From: Myxococcota bacterium
Lineage (GTDB): Bacteria > Myxococcota_A > UBA9160 > UBA4427
DNA length: 64,000 nt
Assembly (NCBI GenBank): GCA_965250285.1
Contig: OZ252299.1
Span: 1,728,001-1,792,000 of the forward strand
Reading direction: 5' to 3'
A model generated the notes under the pieces. It was not told where the DNA came from. It saw only the letters and a program-made list of their open reading frames with translations, and made no database searches. The position numbers and the translations under genes are program-made. Below, piece after piece: positions 28,280 to 39,142 of the stretch. The number at the start of each line of letters is the position of its first letter. Position 1 is the stretch's first letter.

Positions 28280-28301
28280 CGATCCTCAAAGACAGCTTTG
28301 T

Positions 28302-28378
<77 letters not shown>

Positions 28379-28384
28379 CCGAAG

Positions 28385-28426
28385 CGAACGCCTCGGAGCC
28401 AGAGATGGCCCGGGGCGTTCGTGTTT
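28385..28426. terminator. Intrinsic terminator after the tRNA (may also serve the convergent gene)
   Basis: CGAACGCCTCGG...CCGGGGCGTTCG stem followed by TGTTT. Confidence 0.7.
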
Positions 28427-28458
28427 GGGGGCGAGAGAACGGCCCCGCGCCCTGAGAC

Positions 28459-28974
28459 TCAGCTCCCCTGTCGGCGCACGGGCTCGAGTTGCCTCATGGC
28501 GTTGACCATCCGACTCGGTGGCGCGTCTTCGGCCAGGACATCCGCGTCGACGACGGCGCAGAATCCCGGCGTGAAGGTGGGCGCGAGCTCAGCCCACATC
28601 TTCCGGGCTTGCGGAGTGCTCAACGCCCAGCGCAGCAGATCGATCTGGCGGTCGAACTGCTCCCTCGCAACCGTTCCCATCTCCTGCTGAAGCCAGAGCC
28701 GTTCGAAGGCTCGAACGATGGTGAGAAAACGTTCCACCGCGACGATCCGCTCGATGGGATCCAGTGGCTCGTCCCGCCCCAGCTTGACCAGCGAAGCGAT
28801 GTAGGGCTCGTTCTTTTCAGTCACGACGTGAACGTCGTGCAGCGTCCCCATGGCGGTGACCTTCAGTGCCTGGGTGTTCTGACGAATCTGAACCGCGAGA
28901 TAGAGCAGCGTCACCAGGACCGCGATGGCGCCAAGCACCTCTCCGATTGCGCCGATGGCTTCCCAATTCATCAT
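28459..28974 (-). CDS. Hypothetical protein with N-terminal transmembrane helix (MNWEAIGAIGE-type family)
   Basis: AGGAG RBS; MNWEAIGAIGEVLGAIAVLVTLLYLAVQIRQNT N-terminus, recalled from an uncharacterised family in aquatic bacteria. Confidence 0.8.
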   Translation of the reverse strand: MMNWEAIGAIGEVLGAIAVLVTLLYLAVQIRQNTQALKVTAMGTLHDVHVVTEKNEPYIASLVKLGRDEPLDPIERIVAVERFLTIVRAFERLWLQQEMGTVAREQFDRQIDLLRWALSTPQARKMWAELAPTFTPGFCAVVDADVLAEDAPPSRMVNAMRQLEPVRRQGS

Positions 28975-29115
28975 CCGGACTCCTACCCACTCATTCGATG
29001 ACGCGGCCGATGCTCTGACTCCTGATGTGACAAGGGATCATGCCACGAACTCCAGCCAGATCGAGAGCTCGCGATCGCCCGACTCGCTTCGGTCGTAGCG
29101 AGCCCCCGCTACCAC

Positions 29116-29156
29116 ACAGAAACGCCCGGAGGCTTCGGCCCCCGGGCGTTTTCTGT
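29116..29156. terminator. Bidirectional intrinsic terminator
   Basis: ACAGAAACGCCCGG-AGGC-TTCG-GCCC-CCGGGCGTTTTCTGT. Confidence 0.8.
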
Positions 29157-29176
29157 TCGGGCATCGTGCGGGGTGG

Positions 29177-30229
29177 CTACTCCTCGACCCGCTCGAGCCA
29201 GTTCTCCCGAAAATACGAGTAGATGGCGCGCGGGCACGCGACGCGGCCGCGGTCGCTGTACTTCGAGGGGCAGACGCCGCCCTCGAGGATGATGCACGGG
29301 TTCGAGAAGTTCATCATGCGGCCGGTCTTCTCGTTGATGATCTGGGTCACCGACGAGTGCACGACCATCTCCTGGCCAGAGTACTTCACCATCTCCCAGT
29401 CGTATCGCATGCCGCGATTGCGCTGGGTCGCGTCGATCGTCTTCTCGATCTCGGCCAGGCTCTTGACGCGCACCCGCTCGCCGGGCTGCAGCCCGAGCAC
29501 TTCCTTGGGCGTTCGGCCCTTGTTCGCCTGGCCGCGGATCAGCGGGAAATCGCTGCCGCCCACGACTTTCTGCACCTGGTTGTAGAGCCAGATGAAGAAG
29601 CGGTAGCCGATGATGTGGCGCACGTTGGCGGTGAACCTGAAATAGAGCGCATTGAGCATCTCGCCGACCGTGACGTTGCCCGACCGCACGTCGCGCCAGT
29701 AAGGCCGCGGGTCTCGCGGATCGACCGGGTAGCTCGCCTCCACCAGCTGCGTCGCCTGGCACGAGAAACACGTTTCGCCCTCGTGATCGACGTGCGAGCT
29801 CGCGAGCTGAATCTGCTGGACCGTGCAGCCCGGCGCCCGGGTGCGCGGCCCGCCCGGTTCGCGGCCCGCCTCGGCGTCGGCCACGCGCTTCAGCCAGGCT
29901 TCCTTGAAAAAGAGGAGGCACTCCGCCTGACAGCCACCGTGCTCGCGACCGCTGCAGCGCAGATCCTCGAGGTGGACGGTGTCCTCCATCCGCCGAGCGC
30001 CGCTGTGGTCGACGGTGTCGCAGGTCTTGTGCGCGCTGGCGCGCACTTTGAAGCGCCGACCGCAGTACTCGATCATCTCGGGCATGAACGGCTGCGCATC
30101 GAGTCGGCCCGACTCGTCGAGTGTCGAGAGGATCTCTTCGAGGCTGCGCACCTCGACCAGCTCGCCGGCGCGCAGGCCGAGTGATTTGGGGAACCCGGCG
30201 TGGGAGGCAGTCGGGGCCGTCGCGCTCAT
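29177..30229 (-). CDS. Conserved hypothetical protein with two tandem Cys-containing SH3-like halves
   Basis: Internal duplication GLRAGELVEVRSLEEI..EM..C..C..EAWLKRV / GLQPGERVRVKSLAEI..EM..C..C..ENWLERV; start 30229 or 30235. Confidence 0.8.
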   Translation of the reverse strand: MSATAPTASHAGFPKSLGLRAGELVEVRSLEEILSTLDESGRLDAQPFMPEMIEYCGRRFKVRASAHKTCDTVDHSGARRMEDTVHLEDLRCSGREHGGCQAECLLFFKEAWLKRVADAEAGREPGGPRTRAPGCTVQQIQLASSHVDHEGETCFSCQATQLVEASYPVDPRDPRPYWRDVRSGNVTVGEMLNALYFRFTANVRHIIGYRFFIWLYNQVQKVVGGSDFPLIRGQANKGRTPKEVLGLQPGERVRVKSLAEIEKTIDATQRNRGMRYDWEMVKYSGQEMVVHSSVTQIINEKTGRMMNFSNPCIILEGGVCPSKYSDRGRVACPRAIYSYFRENWLERVEE

Positions 30230-30320
30230 TCGCATTCTCCAGTTTGCTCACGCGCTATGGGCCGCCGTGATGCGGCGCTGCACGCGCTCAGGGGACGAGT
30301 TCAGGTGGCGCCCCGCGCCA

Positions 30321-31322
30321 TCAGCTGCTCTGCCGAAGCGCGCGAAGTCGGTGCACGGCCGGGCGCAGGAGCACCCGCACGCACCACACGTAGTCCGACC
30401 AGAGCAGTCGCCGGTGTTCGCCGACCCACCCCGCCATGACCCGCATGCACTCGATCTTCTGTCGCAGGGGAAGGTCGACCTTGAAGATTGAGCGCACGTA
30501 CTCCCAGAGCTGCCGGTGGTACGGCAGCGAGAGCGTCGTGCGCTTGCTCGGGTCGATCCACGCGGCCCGCTGATGTCGCGACGGATGCGCCCGGATCGAC
30601 CGCGTCGCGTGATCGCGCCGGTAGAAGAGGATCTGCGGGATGCGGTGAAATCGACCTCGCAGCGCGAGCTCGGCCAGCATGTTTCGGTCGGAGTCGGGGT
30701 ACAGCCCGTGGGCCCCGGTCGCGCGCAGCGGGGCCGTGCGGAAGAGCCCCATCACGGGCTCGAGGCGGTGCCCCATATCGATCAGGCTGCGAAAACGCGC
30801 GACGGGATCGGGGTCGTCGCCGCTGACCCGCTGCTCGACGGCGTCGAGGGACTCGCCATGCTCCCCGATCACCTGGATCGCCGAGTAGCAGATGACCGTC
30901 TCGGGCTCGTCGTCGAGCACCTGGACGCACCGGGCGAGAAAGTCGGGCGCGCGAATGTCGTCATGTGCGGCCCAGAACCAGTACTCGCCGCGCGCGAGCG
31001 AGAAGCACTTCGCGTGGTTGCCGAACACGCCGAGGTTCTCTGGATTCTGCTCGAATCGCACTCGGGGATCCCGATCGGCGTAGGCGCGACAGATCTCGGG
31101 CGTGCGGTCGGTCGACCCGTTGTCGCAGATGATCAGCTCGAAGTCGCCAAAGGTCTGACCGAGGAGCGAGTCGATCGACTCCTCGACATATCGCTCGCCG
31201 TTGTACACCGGCAGGCCGATCGACACGCGCGGCTTGGCGTGGGATGTCGCGAGCTGGGCGGGGCGATCCGACGTCGCTTCCGTCGCAGAGGCATGCGGGG
31301 CGCTCGGCTGGGATTGCGTCAT
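30321..31322 (-). CDS. Glycosyltransferase family 2
   Basis: VSIGLPVYNGE, ICDNGSTD, NLG, WAAHDD. Confidence 0.92.
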   Translation of the reverse strand: MTQSQPSAPHASATEATSDRPAQLATSHAKPRVSIGLPVYNGERYVEESIDSLLGQTFGDFELIICDNGSTDRTPEICRAYADRDPRVRFEQNPENLGVFGNHAKCFSLARGEYWFWAAHDDIRAPDFLARCVQVLDDEPETVICYSAIQVIGEHGESLDAVEQRVSGDDPDPVARFRSLIDMGHRLEPVMGLFRTAPLRATGAHGLYPDSDRNMLAELALRGRFHRIPQILFYRRDHATRSIRAHPSRHQRAAWIDPSKRTTLSLPYHRQLWEYVRSIFKVDLPLRQKIECMRVMAGWVGEHRRLLWSDYVWCVRVLLRPAVHRLRALRQSS

Positions 31323-31586
31323 CTCGGCGTCCACTGCGTGATCGTGTTGGATCGCGGGCAGGATAGCTCGCCCCCTCCCTGGTGCTGCTGGTCGGTGTCT
31401 GCGAGCCCCGTCCAACGACGGACGCCTCGGTCTCGTCATTCGATCGTTGCATCGCCCCGATCGCGCACCCGAATTGGCTAAGGTCGGGCGGCGTCTGGAC
31501 GAGTAAGTGGCCTCAGGGGCCCATCGGGTGAAGTCGAAGGGGCGAATTCTCGCTCCCGTGCCTCAGTAGGACGCAGGGGGTCGGCA

Positions 31587-32492
31587 GTGGCTGAGCAGGT
31601 CGCAGGCAGCACGGTCCTCGTGACCGGCGGCAGCGGGTTCCTCGGCTCGAATTTGTGCCGGCGGCTGATGCACGACGGCGCCGACGTCCACGCGACGTCC
31701 CGGTCGCCACAGGCCGCCCCGCCCCGCTGGTCGAGCCCCGACCTCGAATCCATCGACGCTGTGCGGGCGCTCCTCGAAGAGACACGCCCCGAGGTCATCT
31801 ACCACTTCGCAGGCCAGGTGACGGCGGCGCCCGATCGCGACTTCGTGCTGCCTCTCTATCACAGCCTGCTGACGAGCACCGTCAACGTGCTGCTGGCGGC
31901 GAGTGAGCTCGGCTGCCGCCGGGTCGTGCTGGCCGGATCGCTGACCGAACCGGCGAACCCGGGCGACGTACCGGCCTCGCCCTATGCGGCGGCTAAATTC
32001 GCCTGCAACGGCTACGCGAAGATGTTCGACGCCATCTACGATCTGTCGGTGGTGATCACGCGGCCCTACATGACGTACGGCCCGGGCCAGAACGCCGCCA
32101 AGGTCGTCCCATACGCCGCCGCCACGTTGTTGGCGGGTGACTCCCCCGAGCTCTCGAGCGGCACCCTCGAGTCGGACTGGATCTACGTCGACGACGTGAC
32201 CGACGGGCTCGTGCGGGCCGGCTACGTCGAAGGCCTCGGCGGACTCGAGATCGACCTCGGCACCGGCCAGCTGCACTCGCTGCGGACGGTCATCGAGACG
32301 GTGGCCGAGCAGATCGACGGCCCGGGTGCGCCGATCTTCGGATCGCGCGCCGAGCGCCCGCTCGAACGCCCGCGCGTGGCGCAGGTCGAAGAGGCGTCGC
32401 GACTCCTCGAAGGCTGGCGGCCGAAGATCGACCTCGAGGAGGGCATCCGGCGCACGGTCGACCACCTGCGCGGCCAGGAGCCGGCCCCTTGA
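31587..32492 (+). CDS. NAD-dependent epimerase/dehydratase (extended SDR)
   Basis: VLVTGGSGFLG, YAAAK, YGPGQ, DWIYVDD. Confidence 0.9.
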   Translation: MAEQVAGSTVLVTGGSGFLGSNLCRRLMHDGADVHATSRSPQAAPPRWSSPDLESIDAVRALLEETRPEVIYHFAGQVTAAPDRDFVLPLYHSLLTSTVNVLLAASELGCRRVVLAGSLTEPANPGDVPASPYAAAKFACNGYAKMFDAIYDLSVVITRPYMTYGPGQNAAKVVPYAAATLLAGDSPELSSGTLESDWIYVDDVTDGLVRAGYVEGLGGLEIDLGTGQLHSLRTVIETVAEQIDGPGAPIFGSRAERPLERPRVAQVEEASRLLEGWRPKIDLEEGIRRTVDHLRGQEPAP

Positions 32493-34582
32493 AGCGCGTG
32501 GGTCTCGTACTTGCCGCGGTCGTCGTCCTCGGCGGTCTGATTGTCGGCGCGGCGCTCTCGGTGCCGCAGGTGCGGTGGCGCGCTCAGCTCGTGGCGATGC
32601 AGGCGCGCGGCGAGATCTACGATTTGGGCTGGACCGAGCTGTTCTCGATGCTCATGCCGGGCAGCCGCTACTACCTCGCGGGCCTCGTCGAGACGCGCAA
32701 CCCGTACGGCTCCATCAAGAACCCGTACACCCTGCCGGGAGACGCCGTCGAGGGCGAGACACTCTTCCGCGCGAACTGCGCCAACTGCCACGGCGCGGCC
32801 GGGACGGGCGGCGTCGGCCCCGCCCTCAACACATCCGACCTCAAGCACGGCGACACCGATTGGTGGCTGTACCGCGCCATCACGCGAGGCATCCCGGGTA
32901 CCGCCATGGTCGGCCGCGATCTCGACGAGCGTTCGGCCTGGCAGGTCGTCTCCTACATCCGCTCGATCGAGCAGGAGGCCGTCGACATCGCCGCCGACGC
33001 TCCGCTCGAGATCGAGCTCGAGCCGGTCACCGACGCACGACTGCTGACCGGTCGCGACGATCCGACGAACTGGCTGACCTACTCGGGCGACTACGACGGA
33101 CAGCGCTTCAGCCCGCTCGACCAGATCGACACCGAGAACGTGGGTGATCTGAAGCTGCTGTGGATGTACCAGACCGATGCCGTCGACGAGTACCTCGAGA
33201 CGTCCCCGATCGTGAACGACGGTGTCATGTACGTCACCGACTCGCCCGGCGGTGTGCACGCCCTCGATGCCGCCACCGGCGAGCTGCTCTGGTCGTTCCT
33301 GCGCTCGCCCCCCGAGCGCCTGTCGCTCTGTTGCGGGCACGTGAATCGCGGCGTCGCGGTCAAGGACGACGCGGTCTTCTGGGCGACGATCGACGCGCAC
33401 CTGCTCGCCCTCGATGCGGCGACGGGTGAAGAGCGCTGGCAGGTCGAGGTCGCCGATCACGAGTTCGGCTACACGATCACGTCGGCCCCGCTCGTCGTGA
33501 AGGACCTCGTGCTGATCGGCGTTTCGGGGGGCGAGTACGGCATTCGCGGGCACCTCGACGCCTATGACGTCGAGACGGGCGAGCGCGTCTGGCGTTTCTA
33601 CACGATCCCCGGGCCCGGCGAGCCGGGCAACGAGACGTGGAGTGGCGACTCGTGGATGAAGGGCGGCGCCGGCGCCTGGCTCACCGGCTCGTACGACCCG
33701 GAGCGCAACCTGCTCTACTGGGGCACCGGCAACCCCGGCCCGCTCTACCACGGCGACACGCGACTCGGCGACAACCTCTACGCCAACAGCGTCGTGGCCC
33801 TCGACGTCGATACCGGTGAGCTGCGCTGGTACTTCCAGTTCACGCCCCACGACCTGCACGACTGGGCAGCGAACCAGATCCCGGTGCTCGTCGATCGCGA
33901 GCTCGGCGGAGAGCCGCGCTCGCTGTTGCTCACGGCCAATCGAAACGGCTTCTTCTATGCGCTCGATCGCGATACGGGTGAGTACCTCCACGCCGAGCCA
34001 TTCGTCAAGCAAAACTGGGCAAAGGCGATCGACGAGACGGGCCGACCCGTGCTCGACGAAAACGCGATCCCGAAGCCGGAGGGGACGATCACCTATCCAT
34101 CGCCCCACGGCGGGACGAACTGGCAGTCGCCCGCCTACTCGCCGAAGACGGGCCTCTTCTACGTCGCGGTCATGGACGGCGGGCGCATCGTCTACAAGCA
34201 GGGCGACACGCCCCGCTACACCCAGGGCGAGTTCTACATCGGCAGCATGCACCAGCTGATCTCGCGCAAGCACCCGTTCACCGCGGCCCTGCGTGCGATC
34301 GATCCCGAGACGGGCGAGGTCGTGTGGTCGTACGAGAACGAGCCGCGGGTCTTCCTCTGGCGCACCGGCGGGCTGCTCGCCACCGCGGGCGATCTGGTCT
34401 TCGGCGGCGACTACACGTCGCTCTACGCCGTCGACGCCCGCAGCGGCGAGGAACGCTGGCGGATGAACGTCGGGGGCTACATCAACGCCGCGCCGATCAC
34501 CTGGGAGGAGGATGGCCAGCAGCGCGTGACGGTGGCCGCCGGCCGCTCGATCCTCACCTTCGGTCTGCCCGACGGCGACTGA
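32489..34582 (+). CDS. PQQ-dependent dehydrogenase (methanol/ethanol family) with N-terminal membrane anchor and cytochrome c domain
   Basis: CANCH heme motif; W..YSGDY, ETSP, vicinal CC, GGEYG, WGTGNP, HDLHDWAA, GGTNW; TTGA overlap with the epimerase. Confidence 0.92.
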   Translation: MKRVGLVLAAVVVLGGLIVGAALSVPQVRWRAQLVAMQARGEIYDLGWTELFSMLMPGSRYYLAGLVETRNPYGSIKNPYTLPGDAVEGETLFRANCANCHGAAGTGGVGPALNTSDLKHGDTDWWLYRAITRGIPGTAMVGRDLDERSAWQVVSYIRSIEQEAVDIAADAPLEIELEPVTDARLLTGRDDPTNWLTYSGDYDGQRFSPLDQIDTENVGDLKLLWMYQTDAVDEYLETSPIVNDGVMYVTDSPGGVHALDAATGELLWSFLRSPPERLSLCCGHVNRGVAVKDDAVFWATIDAHLLALDAATGEERWQVEVADHEFGYTITSAPLVVKDLVLIGVSGGEYGIRGHLDAYDVETGERVWRFYTIPGPGEPGNETWSGDSWMKGGAGAWLTGSYDPERNLLYWGTGNPGPLYHGDTRLGDNLYANSVVALDVDTGELRWYFQFTPHDLHDWAANQIPVLVDRELGGEPRSLLLTANRNGFFYALDRDTGEYLHAEPFVKQNWAKAIDETGRPVLDENAIPKPEGTITYPSPHGGTNWQSPAYSPKTGLFYVAVMDGGRIVYKQGDTPRYTQGEFYIGSMHQLISRKHPFTAALRAIDPETGEVVWSYENEPRVFLWRTGGLLATAGDLVFGGDYTSLYAVDARSGEERWRMNVGGYINAAPITWEEDGQQRVTVAAGRSILTFGLPDGD

Positions 34583-34618
34583 ACACGCGAGGCTCGGCTT
34601 CGGGCCGGCGGCGTAGGA

Positions 34619-36802
34619 TCATGCGGGGCGCAGCTTCTGCTGGCCGATCGGCAGCTTTCGCACGCGCACGCCGGTGGCCCGCGCGATGGCGCTGCACAAA
34701 GCGGGCGCGATCGGCGGCAACCCGGGCTCACCGATGCCGCCCCACTTGTCACCGCCCGACAAGGCCAGGTGGGTCTCCATGCGCGGCGCTTCGGCGAGCG
34801 ACAGCAATCGATAACGATCGAAGTTCGTTTCGACGGCGGCGCCATCGGCGATCGTGATCTCGCCGTAGAGCGCAGCGGTCAGACCGAAGATGATGCTGCC
34901 CTCGATCTGCTCCTCGATCGTGAGCGGGTTGACCGCCGTGCCGCAATCGACGGCCGAGACCACCCGCTCGACGCGCAATGCGCCGGCCGCGTCGACCTCG
35001 ACCTCGACGACCTGGCCCACGATCGTGCCCATGCCTTCGTGAATCGCGAGCCCCTGCCCCTGGCCCTCGGGCAGCGCGCGGCCCCACGAGGCCTTGTCCG
35101 CCAGCACGTCGAGGACATGGAGAAAGTCGGAGCGATCAGCGAGGAGCGCTCGACGAAGCGCGAGCGGATCCTGACCGCCGGCCAGCGCCATCTCGTCGAT
35201 GACGCTCTCGACCGCGAAGGCGTTCTGAGAGTGACCCACCGATCGCCAGATGCCGACCGAGACCGGGGTGGGCTCCATCGCGTGCTCGAAGCGGAGGGCC
35301 GGCACGGCGTACGGGATGTCGTTCAGGCCCATGAGCGACGTCTTGTCGAGCCCATCGACCAGGTGCTTCGGCTCGTCAGAGAAGATCGGTTGCGTCACCG
35401 AGCGTGAACGCAGGGCCGTGGGTCGACCCGCCGCGTCGAGGTCGGCCTCGAACCGGAACGACGCCGTCGGGCGATACCGCCCCTGGCGCATGTCTTCTTC
35501 ACGAGGCCAGAGCAGCTGCACGGGCCCCCCGACCTTCATGGCCACCCGAACCGCCTCGCCCACGTGTCGGTCGTAAGCGCGACGGCCAAAGGCGCCGCCC
35601 ACGAACAGGCCGTGTACGAAGACCTGGTCGGTCGATCGGCCGGTGATTTCGGCGGCCAGGCGAAGGACCGACTCCTGATTCTGCGTGCCGACCCAGACGT
35701 CGACACGCTCAGGGCCGATCTCGACCGTGCAGTTGAGCGGCTCGAGACAGGCGTGCGCGAGGAATGGGACGTGGTAGTCCGCGCGCACCGAGGCACCGCC
35801 GGCCTCCTCGAATCCTGTCGCACCCCGCTCGAGGAACACCTGGCCGGGCTCATCGAGCGCGGCTTCGAAGCGCGCATCGAGCGCCGGGGTCGACGCCGGA
35901 TCTCCGGTCGGTCGCCGCCACTCGATCTCGACCGCATCGAGTGCCTTCATGGCCTGCCAGGTGGTCTCGGCCACGACGACGACGGCGTCGTCGACGACCA
36001 CGACGTCGACCACGCCCGGCATAGACCTCGCGGCGCTCGGATCGTGGGAAGCCAGGCCGCCCCCAAAGTACGGGCAGTGCCGGATGACCGCGAAGCGCAG
36101 GCCCGGACGACGCACGTCGATGCCATACCGGGTCGACCCGTCGACTTTCTTCGGCACGTCGAGGCGGGGCGTCGGTCGGCCCAGCAGCCGGAATGTCCCC
36201 GGGCGTTTCAGCTCGATCGGTGCGTCACCGAGATCGACCCGCGCGGCGGCCGCGGCGAGCTCGCCGTACGAGAACGATGCCTTGCCATCGGGTGCCTCGA
36301 TACGTCCATCGCGCGCGACACAACCGTCGACGGGGATCTGCCAGCGCTCGGCCGCAGCATGGCGCAGGCGCTCGCGGGCGTTCGCGCCCGCCTCCTGGAG
36401 ATACTTGCGCGAGAAGCGCACGGCACCGCTGCCGCCCGTATTGAAGCTGCGGTAGATGCCCCCATCCCGGACGCTGCGATTTACGTCGGCGACGGCGAAG
36501 CGCACGTCGCTCCATTCACACTCGAGCTCTTCGGCGACGATCATCGGCAGCGCCGTCAGCACGCCCTGGCCGAGCTCGGCGCGCGCGACGCGAATGGTGA
36601 TCGTCTCGTCCGGATCGATCGTCAGCCAGGCATTGACTTCGCCGGGGATCTCGAGGTCGGAGGCGAAGAGGTCGGCCTCGTCCGCGCGCCGACACCCCGG
36701 CAGGTGGAACGCAATCACGAGGCCGCCCGCGGCGCTGAGCGTCGCGCCCAGGAATCTTCGCCTCGAGATCTCGGCCCGTTCGCCCGGTGCAATGGGCGTC
36801 AC
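34619..36802 (-). CDS. Molybdopterin oxidoreductase large subunit (isoquinoline 1-oxidoreductase beta/IorB-like), Tat signal
   Basis: SRRRFLG Tat motif, ELGQG, TGGS, GGAFGRR, WRSVGHS, GGIGEPG; GTGA overlap with the small subunit. Confidence 0.9.
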   Translation of the reverse strand: MTPIAPGERAEISRRRFLGATLSAAGGLVIAFHLPGCRRADEADLFASDLEIPGEVNAWLTIDPDETITIRVARAELGQGVLTALPMIVAEELECEWSDVRFAVADVNRSVRDGGIYRSFNTGGSGAVRFSRKYLQEAGANARERLRHAAAERWQIPVDGCVARDGRIEAPDGKASFSYGELAAAAARVDLGDAPIELKRPGTFRLLGRPTPRLDVPKKVDGSTRYGIDVRRPGLRFAVIRHCPYFGGGLASHDPSAARSMPGVVDVVVVDDAVVVVAETTWQAMKALDAVEIEWRRPTGDPASTPALDARFEAALDEPGQVFLERGATGFEEAGGASVRADYHVPFLAHACLEPLNCTVEIGPERVDVWVGTQNQESVLRLAAEITGRSTDQVFVHGLFVGGAFGRRAYDRHVGEAVRVAMKVGGPVQLLWPREEDMRQGRYRPTASFRFEADLDAAGRPTALRSRSVTQPIFSDEPKHLVDGLDKTSLMGLNDIPYAVPALRFEHAMEPTPVSVGIWRSVGHSQNAFAVESVIDEMALAGGQDPLALRRALLADRSDFLHVLDVLADKASWGRALPEGQGQGLAIHEGMGTIVGQVVEVEVDAAGALRVERVVSAVDCGTAVNPLTIEEQIEGSIIFGLTAALYGEITIADGAAVETNFDRYRLLSLAEAPRMETHLALSGGDKWGGIGEPGLPPIAPALCSAIARATGVRVRKLPIGQQKLRPA

Positions 36803-37263
36803 GATTTGCCGTCCTGTGGCTGTGCGACGCCGTGGATGGCGCGACGGATCCGCCCGTAGGTGCCGCAGCGGCACACGACCGTCATCGCGCGGTCGATCTC
36901 GTCATCCGATGGCGCGGGCGTTTGCTCGAGCAAGGCCACGGCCGCCATGATCTGCCCCGACTGACAGTACCCGCACTGAGGCACGTCTTCCCGGATCCAC
37001 GCCTCCTGCACGGGATGCAGGCCGTCTGCGCCGACGCCCTCGATCGTCGTGATGGGGCGTCCGTCGACGGCCGAGACCGGAAACACGCACGAGCGCACGA
37101 CGCGTCCGTCGACGTGGACGGTGCAGGCGCCGCAGCGCGCGATGCCGCAGCCATACTTCGTGCCCGTCAGCTGCAGATGGTCTCGCAGCACCCAGAGCAG
37201 CGGTGTGTCGGGATCGACGTCGAGCGAGTGCGTGCGCTCGTTGACGGTGAGCTCGATCTTCAT
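36799..37263 (-). CDS. (2Fe-2S)-binding small subunit (IorA/CoxS-like)
   Basis: [16 protein letters not shown] and QCGYCQSGQ...CRCGTY. Confidence 0.95.
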   Translation of the reverse strand: MKIELTVNERTHSLDVDPDTPLLWVLRDHLQLTGTKYGCGIARCGACTVHVDGRVVRSCVFPVSAVDGRPITTIEGVGADGLHPVQEAWIREDVPQCGYCQSGQIMAAVALLEQTPAPSDDEIDRAMTVVCRCGTYGRIRRAIHGVAQPQDGKS

Positions 37264-37657
37264 GCGGTGCGAGGGGCCCTTTCGAACTGCGCGACGCGAC
37301 CGGAGCAGCCACAAACTAGCAGTGATCCCGATCTTCGTCTCGAGACGAAGGCGTACCGCGCGCCTCATCCCTCTGCGCGGCGCCGAGGAAAATCGCGCGC
37401 GATCCCATATCCTCCCGGCGCCCCGAAGCACGTGGTCTCCGACCCGAACCCCACAGCGGCGCGGGGCATGCGTTCGAAGCACCCGATGGCGCCGAATGAC
37501 TCAGGATCGACCCACGAAACGCCGACGTATAGAGAGACAGGGAGCGGGAGCATGATCACGCACGGGTGCCGCCCCGGTGTTCGCCCGCGTGCTCGAAGCC
37601 CGCGAGCCCCCACTTCCACGCCCGCGACGACCGCGTCGCTCGAGGATTCGGCCAGCG

Positions 37658-39142
37658 ATGAGTGAAGTGCGAGGTGCCGTCACCCGCGGCGCGCTCTTGA
37701 TGGTGATCGCGCGCGCCCTCGACCGCGGCCTCGGCCTGATCAGCATGCTGATCCTGGCGCGCCTGCTCGCACCCGACGCCTTCGGTCTCGTGGCCATGGC
37801 GATGTCCATCGTCGCCCTGCTCGACCTGCTCAAGGCCTTCGGCTTCGACGTCGTGCTGATCCAGCATGCCGACCCGCAGCGCAGTCACTACGACACGGCC
37901 TTCACGTTCAACGTTGCGGTCTCGCTCGGGGTGACGGCGATCCTGGCCGGCCTCGCCCTTCCGGCCTCGAAGTTCTTCTCGGAACCCGGACTCGTGCCGG
38001 TCATGCTCTGGCTGGCCCTCAGCCCGACGATCAGCGCGCTGCGCAACGTCGGCATCGTCGACTTCCGGCGCAACCTCGACTTCGACACCGAGTTCCGCTT
38101 CATGTTCATCGCGCGGGTCGGACGCTTCATCGTGACCGTCACGCTCGCGTTCTGGTTGCAGAACCACTGGGCGCTCGTGGCCGGGATTCTCGCCGGCCAC
38201 AGTTTCGAGGTGATGCTCAGCTACATCATGCACCCGTTTCGACCACGGCTGTCCCTCTCGGAGTGGCAGGATCTGTTCTCGTTCTCGAAATGGCTCGTGC
38301 TGAAGAACTTCGTGAATCTGTTGACCCAGCGCTCCGCCGATTTCGTGGTCGGACGCGTGAGCGGCGCGCGGAGCCTCGGGCTCTTCAACGTGTCGCAGGA
38401 GTTGGCGCTCCTGCCTTCGAGTGAGCTCGCCGCGCCCGTGAACCGCGCGATCTTCCCGGGCTACGCGAAGCAGTCGAGCGACCTGCGCGCGCTCGGCCAG
38501 GGCATGCTCGAGGTCGTCGGCATGCTGGCCCTGATCGTCCTGCCAGCGGGCGCCGGGCTGATGGTCACGGCCGATCACGCCGTTCCACTCCTGCTCGGTG
38601 ACGCATGGCGCGAAGCGATCCCCATCGTCCCCGTCCTGGCTCTGTTCGGGATGATCAACGGGCTGGGGTCGAACACGGGGTACCTCTTCTACGCGCTCGG
38701 TCGCCCCCAGACCGTGCTCAAGGTCTCGGTGCTGCAGCTCCTCGTGCTGATCCCGACCCTGCTGTTCGGCGTTTCGCACTACGGCGTCGCGGGTGGCGCC
38801 TGGGCCTATGTCATCGCCTCGGCGACGGTGATCCCGGTCAGCTACGCGATCCTGCTGGCGGCCCTCGACCGGTCGCCGATCGAGCTCATTTCACGGCTCT
38901 GGCGACCCCTGCTCGCCACCGGCGCGATGGCGGTCGTCACCGAGCAGCTCGAAGGTACGCTGCCGGCCGCGACCGGGACCGTCGAGATCGGATTGCAGCT
39001 CGCCGCTCTCGTGACCACGGGTGTGCTGACCTACGGCGTGGTCTTGCTCGCGCTCTGGTTCGCGTCGGGGCGCCCCGATGGTTCCGAGCACTACGCGCTC
39101 ACTGAGGTGCGTCGCCGGCTGCGGGGAAGTGTGTCGGAATAG
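37658..39142 (+). CDS. wzx: Polysaccharide flippase (Wzx/WzxC-like, PST family)
   Basis: ILARLLAPDAFG, about 12-14 hydrophobic segments, LGLFN, PLLLG..W; EPS context. Confidence 0.85.
   Translation: MSEVRGAVTRGALLMVIARALDRGLGLISMLILARLLAPDAFGLVAMAMSIVALLDLLKAFGFDVVLIQHADPQRSHYDTAFTFNVAVSLGVTAILAGLALPASKFFSEPGLVPVMLWLALSPTISALRNVGIVDFRRNLDFDTEFRFMFIARVGRFIVTVTLAFWLQNHWALVAGILAGHSFEVMLSYIMHPFRPRLSLSEWQDLFSFSKWLVLKNFVNLLTQRSADFVVGRVSGARSLGLFNVSQELALLPSSELAAPVNRAIFPGYAKQSSDLRALGQGMLEVVGMLALIVLPAGAGLMVTADHAVPLLLGDAWREAIPIVPVLALFGMINGLGSNTGYLFYALGRPQTVLKVSVLQLLVLIPTLLFGVSHYGVAGGAWAYVIASATVIPVSYAILLAALDRSPIELISRLWRPLLATGAMAVVTEQLEGTLPAATGTVEIGLQLAALVTTGVLTYGVVLLALWFASGRPDGSEHYALTEVRRRLRGSVSE

Noticed and set aside
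33848..33871. Lanthanide-dependent (XoxF/PedH-type) assignment for the PQQ enzyme
   Set aside because: Motif is D-W-A and lacks the extra Asp ligand
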